From: an uncultured delta proteobacterium
GTDB taxonomy: Bacteria > Myxococcota_A > Polyangia > Fen-1088
Length of the DNA stretch: 64,000 nt
NCBI GenBank assembly: GCA_963737265.1
Contig: CAVTRY010000023.1
Location: 96,001-160,000 of the forward strand
Direction: 5' to 3'
Every line of letters begins with the position of its first letter. Within the stretch, counting starts at the first letter, position 1. The notes under the pieces are model-generated. The model saw nothing but the letters and a program-made list of their open reading frames with translations, was not told where the DNA came from and did no database searches. Both the position numbers and the translations under genes were made by a program. Positions 26,740-37,973 of the stretch are shown one piece after another.

Positions 26740-28180
26740 AGCGTAGCTTACGCGCGGCCACGCCCGACATCTTGAGCAGCAGCCAGCCGTGCTTCCAGCG
26801 CGAGATGTTGGTTTCGCCGTACACGCGCTCGCGGTAGCGAATCGGGATTTCGACGATCTTCAGATTCAACCTGGCCGCCCCGAAAATCAGGTCGAAGTCG
26901 CCGAAGGGATCGAAGTCGCCGAAGAAATGGCGCGCGGCCGCCAGCCGCTCGTAGTCGCGGCGCCACAATACCTTGGTCCCACACAAGGTGTCCTTGATGG
27001 GTTGCTGAAGCAGATAGGTAAATAGCTGCGAAAACGCCACATTGCCCAGCTTATTGAGAAATCGCATGGCGCCTGGATTCATTGGATACACGAGCCGCGT
27101 GCCTTGCACGAAATCACCAAGGCCGCGTGCGATGACATCGTAGAAGATGGGCAGTTCCTCGGGGGCCACCGTCAGATCGGCGTCCAGGATCATGAGAACA
27201 TCGCCTGTGGCCTTGGCAAAGCCCAGGCGGACCGCGTCGCCCTTGCCCTTACCTTCCTGGCGGTGGGCGCTGATCTCAAGCGGCCCGCGATAGTTCTTGA
27301 TGGCACCTTGAATGGTTTCCCAGGTTCCGTCGGTCGAGCCACCTTCGACGAAGATTAATTCGGTTCGCGAACCCATCGCCGGCGTGCGCGCGATGGCCGC
27401 AGCCACGTTGCCCGCCTCGTTGCGCGCGGGAACGATCACGCTGACCGAGACTTTCTTCGTTCTTTGCGCGGCCTCGCGCCGGCGTAAGGCATAGATGCGG
27501 TACATCGACAACCGCTGCCACCCGGGCAATTTGCCGAGATAGCGATTGAGGAGCGGGGCGAGACCAGGCACGTCCGCCGGCAGCAGCATGCGATCCTCGA
27601 ACCGAACCATCTCGAGTCCGCTAATCTCGAACAGATTCTCGAAGTCGCTGTGGGACAGCCAGTTCGACGCGGGCGCCGGCAGCTTGAAGCCGCCAAGCTC
27701 CGCCAGCCGGGTCGGCATCTCCCACAGGTAATTGTAGGTCACGAGGTACAGTCGCCCCCGTTCGTTCACCCGTTCGCGCAGACCGACGAGCAGGTCGCGC
27801 ACGTCGAGCACGCTGTGGCACATGCGATCGCAAACCACGGCGTCGAAACGGCGGCGCGCGGGCAAGGTTTCGTCGTCGACAAACTCGATGGCCGCGTCGG
27901 GATGACGTCGGCGCGCCTCCACCGCCACCTCGGACGACGTCGCGATTCCCACCCGTTCGCGGTTGGGCAACGACGCCAAGAGATCGCCCGTGCCGCAGGC
28001 CACGTCGATCACCGAAGCATCCTGCGGAATCCAGCGCTGAAGGGTTTCGCGCAGATCGCGGTTGAGGCAGTCGCGTGCCTGGGGATGGGTTGGCTTCTCG
28101 AACGCAGCCTTACGGAAATATGCCTGCCACGCTTCCGTCAGCCCGTGGGACGATTGCATCTTCGACGACATCGGCTTCAT
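26732..28180 (-). CDS. Methyltransferase-domain / GT2 (Dol-P-Man synthase-like) fusion
   Basis: DVACGTG at the N-terminus; VIVPARNE, GGSTDGT, GKGDAV, ILDADL, DTLCGTK. Confidence 0.92.
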   Translation of the reverse strand: MKPMSSKMQSSHGLTEAWQAYFRKAAFEKPTHPQARDCLNRDLRETLQRWIPQDASVIDVACGTGDLLASLPNRERVGIATSSEVAVEARRRHPDAAIEFVDDETLPARRRFDAVVCDRMCHSVLDVRDLLVGLRERVNERGRLYLVTYNYLWEMPTRLAELGGFKLPAPASNWLSHSDFENLFEISGLEMVRFEDRMLLPADVPGLAPLLNRYLGKLPGWQRLSMYRIYALRRREAAQRTKKVSVSVIVPARNEAGNVAAAIARTPAMGSRTELIFVEGGSTDGTWETIQGAIKNYRGPLEISAHRQEGKGKGDAVRLGFAKATGDVLMILDADLTVAPEELPIFYDVIARGLGDFVQGTRLVYPMNPGAMRFLNKLGNVAFSQLFTYLLQQPIKDTLCGTKVLWRRDYERLAAARHFFGDFDPFGDFDLIFGAARLNLKIVEIPIRYRERVYGETNISRWKHGWLLLKMSGVAARKLRYV

Positions 28181-28221
28181 GGCAAGAGCGCGCGGGTTTT
28201 CCGTCGAGAATTTCCAGAAAT

Positions 28222-30975
<2,754 letters not shown>

Positions 30976-31064
30976 GCAGCTTCCGTGCGCGACGTCCAGT
31001 CCACAGCGCCGGCCTTTTCGTTATCGACCACGAATATCCTCTAAGTCAAGCAACCGGCTGGATG

Positions 31065-31541
31065 TCAGTCCTCAATCCAAACCCGCGTCATTTTGTCGCC
31101 CTTGCGAACCTTGTCGACTACGTCGAGGCCGGCGACCACCTGGCCAAACACCGTGTGTTTGCGGTCGAGGTGTGGTTGCGGGGCGTGGCAGATGAAAAAC
31201 TGCGCTCCCCCGGAATCGGGGGCCGCGGTCTTGGCCATGGACAGCGAGCCGCGCAGGTGGGTCTGGCGCTTGCCTTTCAGCTCGTCCTTGATGGTGAAAC
31301 CCGGTCCCCCAGTACCGGTGCCGAGCGGGCAGCCGCCCTGGATCATGAAGTTGTCGATCACGCGGTGGAAGGTCAGGCCGTCGTAATAGGGACGCTTCAC
31401 CTTCTTCCCCGTGGCTGGATCGGTCCACTCCTTGGTTCCCTGGGCCAGCTCGACAAAGTTGGCCACTGTGCCGGGCGTATCGTCTTCGAAAAGTTCGACT
31501 ACAATTTCGCCCGCGGTCGTTTCGATATGCGCTTTCTTCAT
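31065..31541 (-). CDS. Cyclophilin-type peptidyl-prolyl isomerase
   Basis: FHRVIDNFMIQGG, GSLSMA, QFFI, HLDRKHTVFGQV. Confidence 0.95.
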   Translation of the reverse strand: MKKAHIETTAGEIVVELFEDDTPGTVANFVELAQGTKEWTDPATGKKVKRPYYDGLTFHRVIDNFMIQGGCPLGTGTGGPGFTIKDELKGKRQTHLRGSLSMAKTAAPDSGGAQFFICHAPQPHLDRKHTVFGQVVAGLDVVDKVRKGDKMTRVWIED

Positions 31542-31712
31542 GGCAGCACCTTAACCCGGAAAAGGTCCTTGGGTGTAGGTCTAGCAAGCCCGGTTTGCAT
31601 AGTCCGATATTTACGCGACGGGTAGCCGAACAAGCAACAATTTCCGCCCTGCATCCGATAGCCAGGTGGGCAACCATGGTAATCGTTCGAGTCGTGCCAG
31701 TCGTCGGCGAAT

Positions 31713-31869
31713 TCCAGTCGGTCATCCAGTTGGTCATCCAGTCGGTCATCCAGTCGGTCATCCAGTCGGTCATCCAGCGGTCATCCAGCGGTCATCCAGC
31801 GGCTCTCGCGCCGTCATCCCCCGCGGTCTTTTCCGTCATCTCCCGTCATTTTCCGTCATCTCGGTCATC
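31713..31869. repeat. Intergenic tandem array with a GTCAT core
   Basis: TCCAGT(C/T)GGTCA x5, TCCAGCGGTCA x2, then degenerate units; 12 GTCAT copies in total. Confidence 0.92.
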
Positions 31870-31908
31870 GGCGCGGGAAACCGCCTGTGCTAGGCTGTGG
31901 CAACGACC

Positions 31909-32292
31909 ATGAAGATTTCCCGGCCACCGTTGCAATCGCCCAAGCTGACCGCAGCCGCGGTCAAGGTGCCAGCCGTCGCGGGAAGCAGCGGCAAGAGCTT
32001 CGCGGCAAGCCTAGAAAAGGCCGGCGCGATGAAGGCCAAGGCTCAGACCGGGCTCGGAAAGGTCGCTTCATCGCGCAAGGTGGCCGATGTTTCGGATCTC
32101 GGGGCCGACCTGAAAGCGGGAAGGATTTCGCCCCAGGACGCCATCGACAAAGTCGTGGATCGCGTCCTTGCCCAACAGTTGGGCGCCAACGCCCCGGCAG
32201 CGATCAGGAACAAGCTGGCCACCGCCCTGCGCGAAAGCCTGGCCGACGACCCGCTTCTCGCGGCCAAGGCTCGCGCCCTCGGCCGGGGGTAG
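31909..32292 (+). CDS. Ala/Lys-rich hypothetical protein
   Basis: Open frame with typical codon use and a helical C-terminus (LRESLADDPLL). Confidence 0.7.
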   Translation: MKISRPPLQSPKLTAAAVKVPAVAGSSGKSFAASLEKAGAMKAKAQTGLGKVASSRKVADVSDLGADLKAGRISPQDAIDKVVDRVLAQQLGANAPAAIRNKLATALRESLADDPLLAAKARALGRG

Positions 32293-32300
32293 CCGCGCGC

Positions 32301-32585
32301 CTACGAGGGCTTGCTCTGCGTAGCTCTGCGTTGGGCAATCAGCTCGCGGACCTTGGGTGGCAGGAAAATGCCGTCCGTTTCCATCGTTGCCAGCGCATCG
32401 GACAAGATCGACGCGCGCTCGGATAGCGCCGTCTTTTTGTCGATGATCACGCACCACTCGCCCTTGACCTTGCACAGCCCGCCCCCACCCGTGGGTCCCG
32501 AGGACACCATGTTTTCGTAGCGGACCTTCACGCCAAGCTGCCCGGCGGCCGTTTCCAGAATCTCGGTTAGTTGCTCTGCCTTCAT
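32301..32585 (-). CDS. Small hypothetical protein (GGLC motif)
   Basis: LGVKVRYE...GGLCKVKG...IIDK; directly follows the histidine kinase. Confidence 0.75.
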   Translation of the reverse strand: MKAEQLTEILETAAGQLGVKVRYENMVSSGPTGGGGLCKVKGEWCVIIDKKTALSERASILSDALATMETDGIFLPPKVRELIAQRRATQSKPS

Positions 32586-32590
32586 CGTGG

Positions 32591-33835
32591 TTATTTCTCT
32601 GTCTTGGTTAGGACTGTCGATCCAGAACCGAGTGGCAACGACACAACGAAGGTCGTGCCGCCGCCGAGCTTGGATTGGAACGTAACCTGCCCGCCATGAG
32701 CAAGCACAATGTTCCTTACCACGGGTAGTCCCAAACCGGTGCCGCGCCCGGCGGGCTTGGTGGTGAAAAACGGCTCGAACACCCTTGGTCGATCCTCCTC
32801 GCGAATGCCCTCGCCGGTGTCGGAAACCGACAATCCCACACCGCCCACACCGCCCACACCGCCCACACCGCCGACGCCGCCCGCACCGCCGGCCCCCGTC
32901 GCGCCGTCGGCAAAGGTACGCACCGTGATGGTGCCGCCGACATCGCCGAGTGCCTGCGCGCCATTGCTGACGAGATTCGTTACCACCTGCATGATGTGGT
33001 CGCGCACAACGCGTACCAGCGGCAAGTCGACCGCCAGATCGCGCACCAGGGTCGCCTTCGCTTCATGCAGCACGTGCTCGCAGAACGAAAGCGCGTGCTC
33101 GACGACATCGTTGAGGTTCACCTGCTCGACCTCGCGTCCCGACGGACGCGCATAGGTGGTGAGATCGCGCGAAAATCGGCGAATGCGCTCGGCGCCTTCC
33201 TGGATCTTCTTCATGCGCTCGATATCGATGGGCTCGTAGGCGTTCGGCACCCGGCCCTGGGTGGCGAGGGCAGCTTTGCGCAGGACGGCCTCGACACACA
33301 TTTGAACCGAGGTGAGAGGGTTGTTAATCTCGTGCGCCACGCCCGCCGCGATCTGGCCCACGGTGGCAAGCTTCTCGGCATGCAAAACCTGGTTCTGCAG
33401 TGCTCGCAGCGCGGTCAGATCGTGCCCGGCGGCCATGATTGCCGTCGGCTCACCACCGGCGCCGCGCACGGGAATCACGCAGAACGCGGCCGCCGCGACG
33501 GCGCCCGCAGCCCCCGGCAGACGCACCTCGCAGCGAATGGGTGAAAGGACGCTGGCAACCTGGGCCATGATGTCGGCGAGATCGCGAACCCCGCACCCGG
33601 TCAGCCAGTCGGACAGCCTTCTGCCAACACCGTCGGCCTCCGCGCAACCGGTGAGAATCGCCAAGGCGCGATTCCACGCCAGCACGCGACCGCCGAGATC
33701 CGTCACCGCGATGAGAACATCGGACTCGTCCATCATTTGGACGAGCCCCTTTACCAGGCTCCCTGCAACCTCCGACCCGGCTTTCCCGTCCGAGTCAGCC
33801 GTACGCGATGGTGCCTTCGGCCCTGGCGTTCCCAT
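32591..33835 (-). CDS. Cytoplasmic PAS sensor histidine kinase
   Basis: PAS region, AHEINNPL, NLVSNG, DTGEG, FEPFFTTK, GTGLGL. Confidence 0.93.
   Translation of the reverse strand: MGTPGPKAPSRTADSDGKAGSEVAGSLVKGLVQMMDESDVLIAVTDLGGRVLAWNRALAILTGCAEADGVGRRLSDWLTGCGVRDLADIMAQVASVLSPIRCEVRLPGAAGAVAAAAFCVIPVRGAGGEPTAIMAAGHDLTALRALQNQVLHAEKLATVGQIAAGVAHEINNPLTSVQMCVEAVLRKAALATQGRVPNAYEPIDIERMKKIQEGAERIRRFSRDLTTYARPSGREVEQVNLNDVVEHALSFCEHVLHEAKATLVRDLAVDLPLVRVVRDHIMQVVTNLVSNGAQALGDVGGTITVRTFADGATGAGGAGGVGGVGGVGGVGGVGLSVSDTGEGIREEDRPRVFEPFFTTKPAGRGTGLGLPVVRNIVLAHGGQVTFQSKLGGGTTFVVSLPLGSGSTVLTKTEK
32835..32897 (-). repeat. 9-bp in-frame tandem repeat (GGV/GGA) inside the HATPase domain
   Basis: CCCACACCG x4 plus 3 degenerate units. 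Confidence 0.9.
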
Positions 33836-33847
33836 TCAACCCATTTG

Positions 33848-35215
33848 CTATTTTCCGCCGCGCTTCGCGCGCGGAGGATGCAGCAGCGCACGCGCGGCGG
33901 CAGCGGCCTCGGCCAAGACCGTGCGCACCGGTACCTTCGCGCGCAGAGCGAGCTTGCGACAATCCTCGAATTCCGGGGTCGCCCCAAGAATTTCGCCGAC
34001 GCGCGCGGACACCTTCACGCTCACATCGCCGTAACCGGTCGTGACCTTGGCCAGCGAGCGATCGAGCACGGTCCTATTCAGGACCTGACGACGGAGTCCG
34101 ATGGTTGTCGAGTTGGCAAAGAATGCCTGCTCGACAACCGCTAGAACGTCGCGCGGACAGAGCGCCGAGACATCGAACGCCGGCCTACCCTTTTTCATGA
34201 GGATGGGCGTGAACCAAACGTCCAGCGCGCCGGCTGCAAACAGCGCGGTCATGAGCGGCTCGGCCAACTGCGGACTCATGTCGTCGATGTTCGCGGCGAT
34301 CAGCACGACCTCGTTGGCCGAAGCAGGCAGCGCCTGACCCACGGCTTCCCCGAGCATCACGCGCAGAACGTTGGGACGATCGGCAAACTCGCGCGTGCCC
34401 GCGCCAAAGCCTTGCGCCCGCAAGCGCAGCGGGGGCGGCGGACCAAACGAACGAACCACGGTGGCCAAGATGGCGGCGCCGGTCGGGGTCGTGAGCTCGC
34501 CCTTGCCGTCCGTGAGAACCGGCAGCCCGTGCAGGATGGCCGCAGTCGCTGGCGCGGGCACCGGCATCAGCCCATGCGCCGTGCGGATGGTTCCCGAGCC
34601 AACCACCGGTGGCGTGGAGGTCACGGCCGCCGGTTCCAGCCAGACGATCGCCGCCGCGGCGCCCACGATATCCGCGATGGAATCCCACGCCCCGACCTCG
34701 TGAAACGCCACCTTGTCTACTGAAACCCCGTGCAAGGCAGCTTCCGCTTGGGCGATGCGATCGAAGATATCACCGGCCAGCTTCCTGACCTCGGGTTCGA
34801 GAGTGGCCTTGTGCAAGAGCCGCCGAATTTCCGCGTAGTCCCTGTGCTCGTGCGAATGCGCGCGGCCGTGGTCATGGTCGTGGTCGTGGCCGTGCTCGTG
34901 GCCGTGGTCGTGGTCGTGGTCGTGGCCGTGGTCACGGCCGTGGTCATGCTCATCGCCGTGGTCGTGCTCGTGGGGGGCCGCCTGCTTCTCGCCCTTCCCC
35001 GGCCAATTCACCGTGAAACCCAATCCCACAAATGCGCCCCGTCGCCTCGGCTCGAAGCCCACCTTCAACCCTTGCAACCCGATCGCCTTGATCGCGCCAA
35101 TGACGACCTTTTCCGGTACGCCAGCGTGGACCAGCGCGGCCACAGTCATGTCGCCTGCCACTCCCGAGCAGGGATCGAAATGTAGATGCAGCCCCTTGCC
35201 GATGGATGTCGTCAT
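33848..35215 (-). CDS. larC: Nickel pincer cofactor biosynthesis protein LarC
   Basis: SGVAGDM, His/Asp-rich insert, FHEVGAWDSIADIVG, GELTTPTGAA, NIDDM, MKKGRP. Confidence 0.93.
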   Translation of the reverse strand: MTTSIGKGLHLHFDPCSGVAGDMTVAALVHAGVPEKVVIGAIKAIGLQGLKVGFEPRRRGAFVGLGFTVNWPGKGEKQAAPHEHDHGDEHDHGRDHGHDHDHDHGHEHGHDHDHDHGRAHSHEHRDYAEIRRLLHKATLEPEVRKLAGDIFDRIAQAEAALHGVSVDKVAFHEVGAWDSIADIVGAAAAIVWLEPAAVTSTPPVVGSGTIRTAHGLMPVPAPATAAILHGLPVLTDGKGELTTPTGAAILATVVRSFGPPPPLRLRAQGFGAGTREFADRPNVLRVMLGEAVGQALPASANEVVLIAANIDDMSPQLAEPLMTALFAAGALDVWFTPILMKKGRPAFDVSALCPRDVLAVVEQAFFANSTTIGLRRQVLNRTVLDRSLAKVTTGYGDVSVKVSARVGEILGATPEFEDCRKLALRAKVPVRTVLAEAAAAARALLHPPRAKRGGK

Positions 35216-35970
35216 GATGATCGCACCCGGTTGAGCAGCGAGGCCATGCGGCCAGCGCCAAAGCCATTGTCTATGTTCACCACCGCCACGCCGGTGGCGC
35301 AGGAATTGAGCATGGTCAAGAGCGCCCCCATGCCGCCAAACGCCGCGCCGTAACCGATGCTGGTGGGCACCGCGATCACCGGCCGCGAGAACAGCCCACC
35401 CACCACCGTCGGCAGCACCCCGTCCATGCCCGCGACAGCCACCAGCACCTCGGCTTTTTCGATGGTCTCACGGTGGGCGAGCAAGCGATGCAAGCCCGCG
35501 ACCCCGACGTCGAAAATCCGAATCACCTGATTGCCGTCGAGCTCGGCCGTTGTCGCAGCTTCCTCGGCGATGGGAATGTCCGCCGTTCCCGCCGACAGCA
35601 CGGCGATGGTGCCGCGCCCGCGCGTCGGGGCTGGCTGCGGCCCGACGACTACGATGCGCGCGACTTCCAAGTAGCGCGCGTCCGGCACCGCGGCCAACAC
35701 GTCCTTGGCCACGTCGGCCGTGATTCGCGTCGCCATGACGGTGGCACCATCGCGCCCGAGCTCGGTCAGCAAGGTCGCGATCTGCGACGGCGTCTTGCCG
35801 GTACCGAAAATTACCTCGGGAAATCCCGTGCGCAGGTGGCGGTGCGTGTCGGCGTGGGCGAAGCCGAGCGAACGAAACGGCAAATCGCGCAGCTCGCGAA
35901 GCGCATCGTCAAGGCCGGTTTTGCCGTCCCGGACGTCTTCGAGCAAGGAACGTAGGCGTTCTGGATTCAC
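35212..35970 (-). CDS. larB: Nickel pincer cofactor biosynthesis protein LarB
   Basis: RTGFPEVIFG.GKT, SAGTAD, DVGVAGLHRL, VPTSIGYG, VVNIDNGFGA. Confidence 0.95.
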   Translation of the reverse strand: MNPERLRSLLEDVRDGKTGLDDALRELRDLPFRSLGFAHADTHRHLRTGFPEVIFGTGKTPSQIATLLTELGRDGATVMATRITADVAKDVLAAVPDARYLEVARIVVVGPQPAPTRGRGTIAVLSAGTADIPIAEEAATTAELDGNQVIRIFDVGVAGLHRLLAHRETIEKAEVLVAVAGMDGVLPTVVGGLFSRPVIAVPTSIGYGAAFGGMGALLTMLNSCATGVAVVNIDNGFGAGRMASLLNRVRSS

Positions 35971-37529
35971 GTGATCATCCTAGCAGATTTGCCGTCCATC
36001 CCGTCCAGCGCTGACTCTTGCGCGCGAATTTCGTAGATGACCCGCGTTTTGGCCGCGCGATCGTGCAGGGTCTGTCGATCGCGATCCACCAGTGCGAACA
36101 GAAATCCCGCCAGCCACGGCACGGCCACGATCAAGTTGGGAAACAGCATCGTCCGCAAGAGCGCATCGATTCCGCGATCCCAGATGAGAACCGGACTGAC
36201 CCCCGCGGCGCCAGTCAGCCGATTCTTCACTTCGATGAGATCGGTCGCCGCCCCAAGCTGCAAACTGATCATGGCCAGCGCCACGAGCGGCCCCCAGAAT
36301 TCGACGGCGAAACGGAGCAAAAGTCCGGGCACGCGCACGCGCCGGGTGGTTCCCACGATGTGCAGACCGATGAGACGTTTGCCTAGGGTCTTGCCCCACA
36401 CTCGGTGCGCGACAACGTAGTAAGCGCAAAATAGCACAAGCCAGATCCGCGTCGCCGCCTGTTGCGACCACGACATCGACGCCGCGATGATTTGTCCGAG
36501 CGGCGCCACCAACATGAGATCCACCGCCAGCGCGGCCGCGCGCGGAAGCAAGCCGCCGGCCACGCGCGGCTCGGGCCGCACCGATTCGAGGCGCGCCAAC
36601 AGGGCATCGTAGCTTTGCGGTCTGCGGCCCGCATCGGGATCCATCATCTCGAGGATGAGCTGGCGCAGGCGCCAGGGCGCCACGTCGGCTGCAATCTCGG
36701 GGCGCGCGGCACTCCGATGCATCTCGGTCATGGCTACTAGACTGTCGGCTTTGAAGGGAACCTTGCCGGTCAGAAGCTCGTGGAAAGCGATGCCGAGCGC
36801 GTAAATGTCGCTGCGCAGATCCGGGCCTAGGCCCGCGATCTGCTCGGGCGCGGCGTAAAATGGCGTGCCCACGAAACGGCCCTCGGCCTTCTCGTCGGAA
36901 ATCTCGGAAGTCGCGAGCCCGAAATCCGCCACCTTGACCTCGCCCCGCGCCACCCCAGTGGCGCCGCCGCCGAGCAGAATGTTCGACGGCTTTACATCGC
37001 GGTGGATCATCCCGCGCGCATGCGCCGCCGCCAGAGCGCCCGCAATCTGAATCACGTATTCGAGCGCATCGGCCCAGGCGAGCGGGCCTTCCCTCGCCAC
37101 CAGGTCGGCCAGCGTCTTGCCCTGCATGAGCTCCATCACGAAGTAAGACACGCCCTCGAAGCGGCCGATATAGTAGATGGTGACGACATTCGGATGTTGC
37201 AGACGTGCCTGGGCGCGCGCCTCGTCCACCAGGCGTGAAATCAACGTCGGGTTGTCGGCCAGCTCCTGACGCAAGAGCTTGAGCGCCACCGGGCGGTCGA
37301 GCGACATATCGTGAGCGAGGTACACCCGCCCCATGCCGCCTTCGCCGAGAAGCGCTTGGATGTGAAAGTGATCGATGTGCCGTCCGATGAGCGGATCGTC
37401 CCCGGCAGGCTGGGGCTGGACCGGCGGGCGCTCGGCATCGTACGCCGTGGCGGCAAGAGCTCGCCCGGCGCTCGGCGTTTCACTGACGGTTTTGGCTTCT
37501 GACCAAGCCATCGCGGAAGGCGGCAGCAT
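35967..37529 (-). CDS. Ser/Thr protein kinase with C-terminal RDD domain
   Basis: GEGGMGRV, HRDVKPSN, DFGL, GTPFYAAPE; RAAALAVD...GKTLGK...LHDRAAKTRV. Start placed at the ATG after a G-rich RBS, not at 38135. Confidence 0.9.
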   Translation of the reverse strand: MLPPSAMAWSEAKTVSETPSAGRALAATAYDAERPPVQPQPAGDDPLIGRHIDHFHIQALLGEGGMGRVYLAHDMSLDRPVALKLLRQELADNPTLISRLVDEARAQARLQHPNVVTIYYIGRFEGVSYFVMELMQGKTLADLVAREGPLAWADALEYVIQIAGALAAAHARGMIHRDVKPSNILLGGGATGVARGEVKVADFGLATSEISDEKAEGRFVGTPFYAAPEQIAGLGPDLRSDIYALGIAFHELLTGKVPFKADSLVAMTEMHRSAARPEIAADVAPWRLRQLILEMMDPDAGRRPQSYDALLARLESVRPEPRVAGGLLPRAAALAVDLMLVAPLGQIIAASMSWSQQAATRIWLVLFCAYYVVAHRVWGKTLGKRLIGLHIVGTTRRVRVPGLLLRFAVEFWGPLVALAMISLQLGAATDLIEVKNRLTGAAGVSPVLIWDRGIDALLRTMLFPNLIVAVPWLAGFLFALVDRDRQTLHDRAAKTRVIYEIRAQESALDGMDGKSARMIT

Positions 37530-37973
37530 AGCCCCCCTCGCCGCGCGGCGCACGTTTCCTTTCCCCCGGGGGTACCTTGCATGAACCCTGGGTTTTGGGG
37601 TTTTGGAGTGAAGCGACCGGAAACCCAAGAGCGCATCCTCAAGACGGGTCGCGAGACCTGCCACGTATGGGTGTGTGTCCGCCGAGAGAATGGACGGAAA
37701 ACCCGGGCCTGTGCAACGCACCTTCTCCCCGGCGATGCCGCCAGGGGTTTCGCAAAAGACAGCCGCCACGTCGAAACCGGCGGCGACGTCGGCGCACGGT
37801 CGGCCTCGGCTCTCCGCCCACGACCCTCTGGTCACGGATTTGCGGCACACGACCCTGGTTGCGGATCTTTGGCAGGGATTTGGACTTTCGCGTCCGGGGG
37901 CTAAAGGTATCGCTTGGGCCGGTCGATACCACGACATTCCCTCGGCGCCGCGGACCTTGATGCGAAAGATGCA

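Noticed and set aside
31072-31773. ORF with MTDW repeats as a leader or extension of the cyclophilin
   Set aside because: Different frame from the cyclophilin; it is just the translation of the 12-bp repeat
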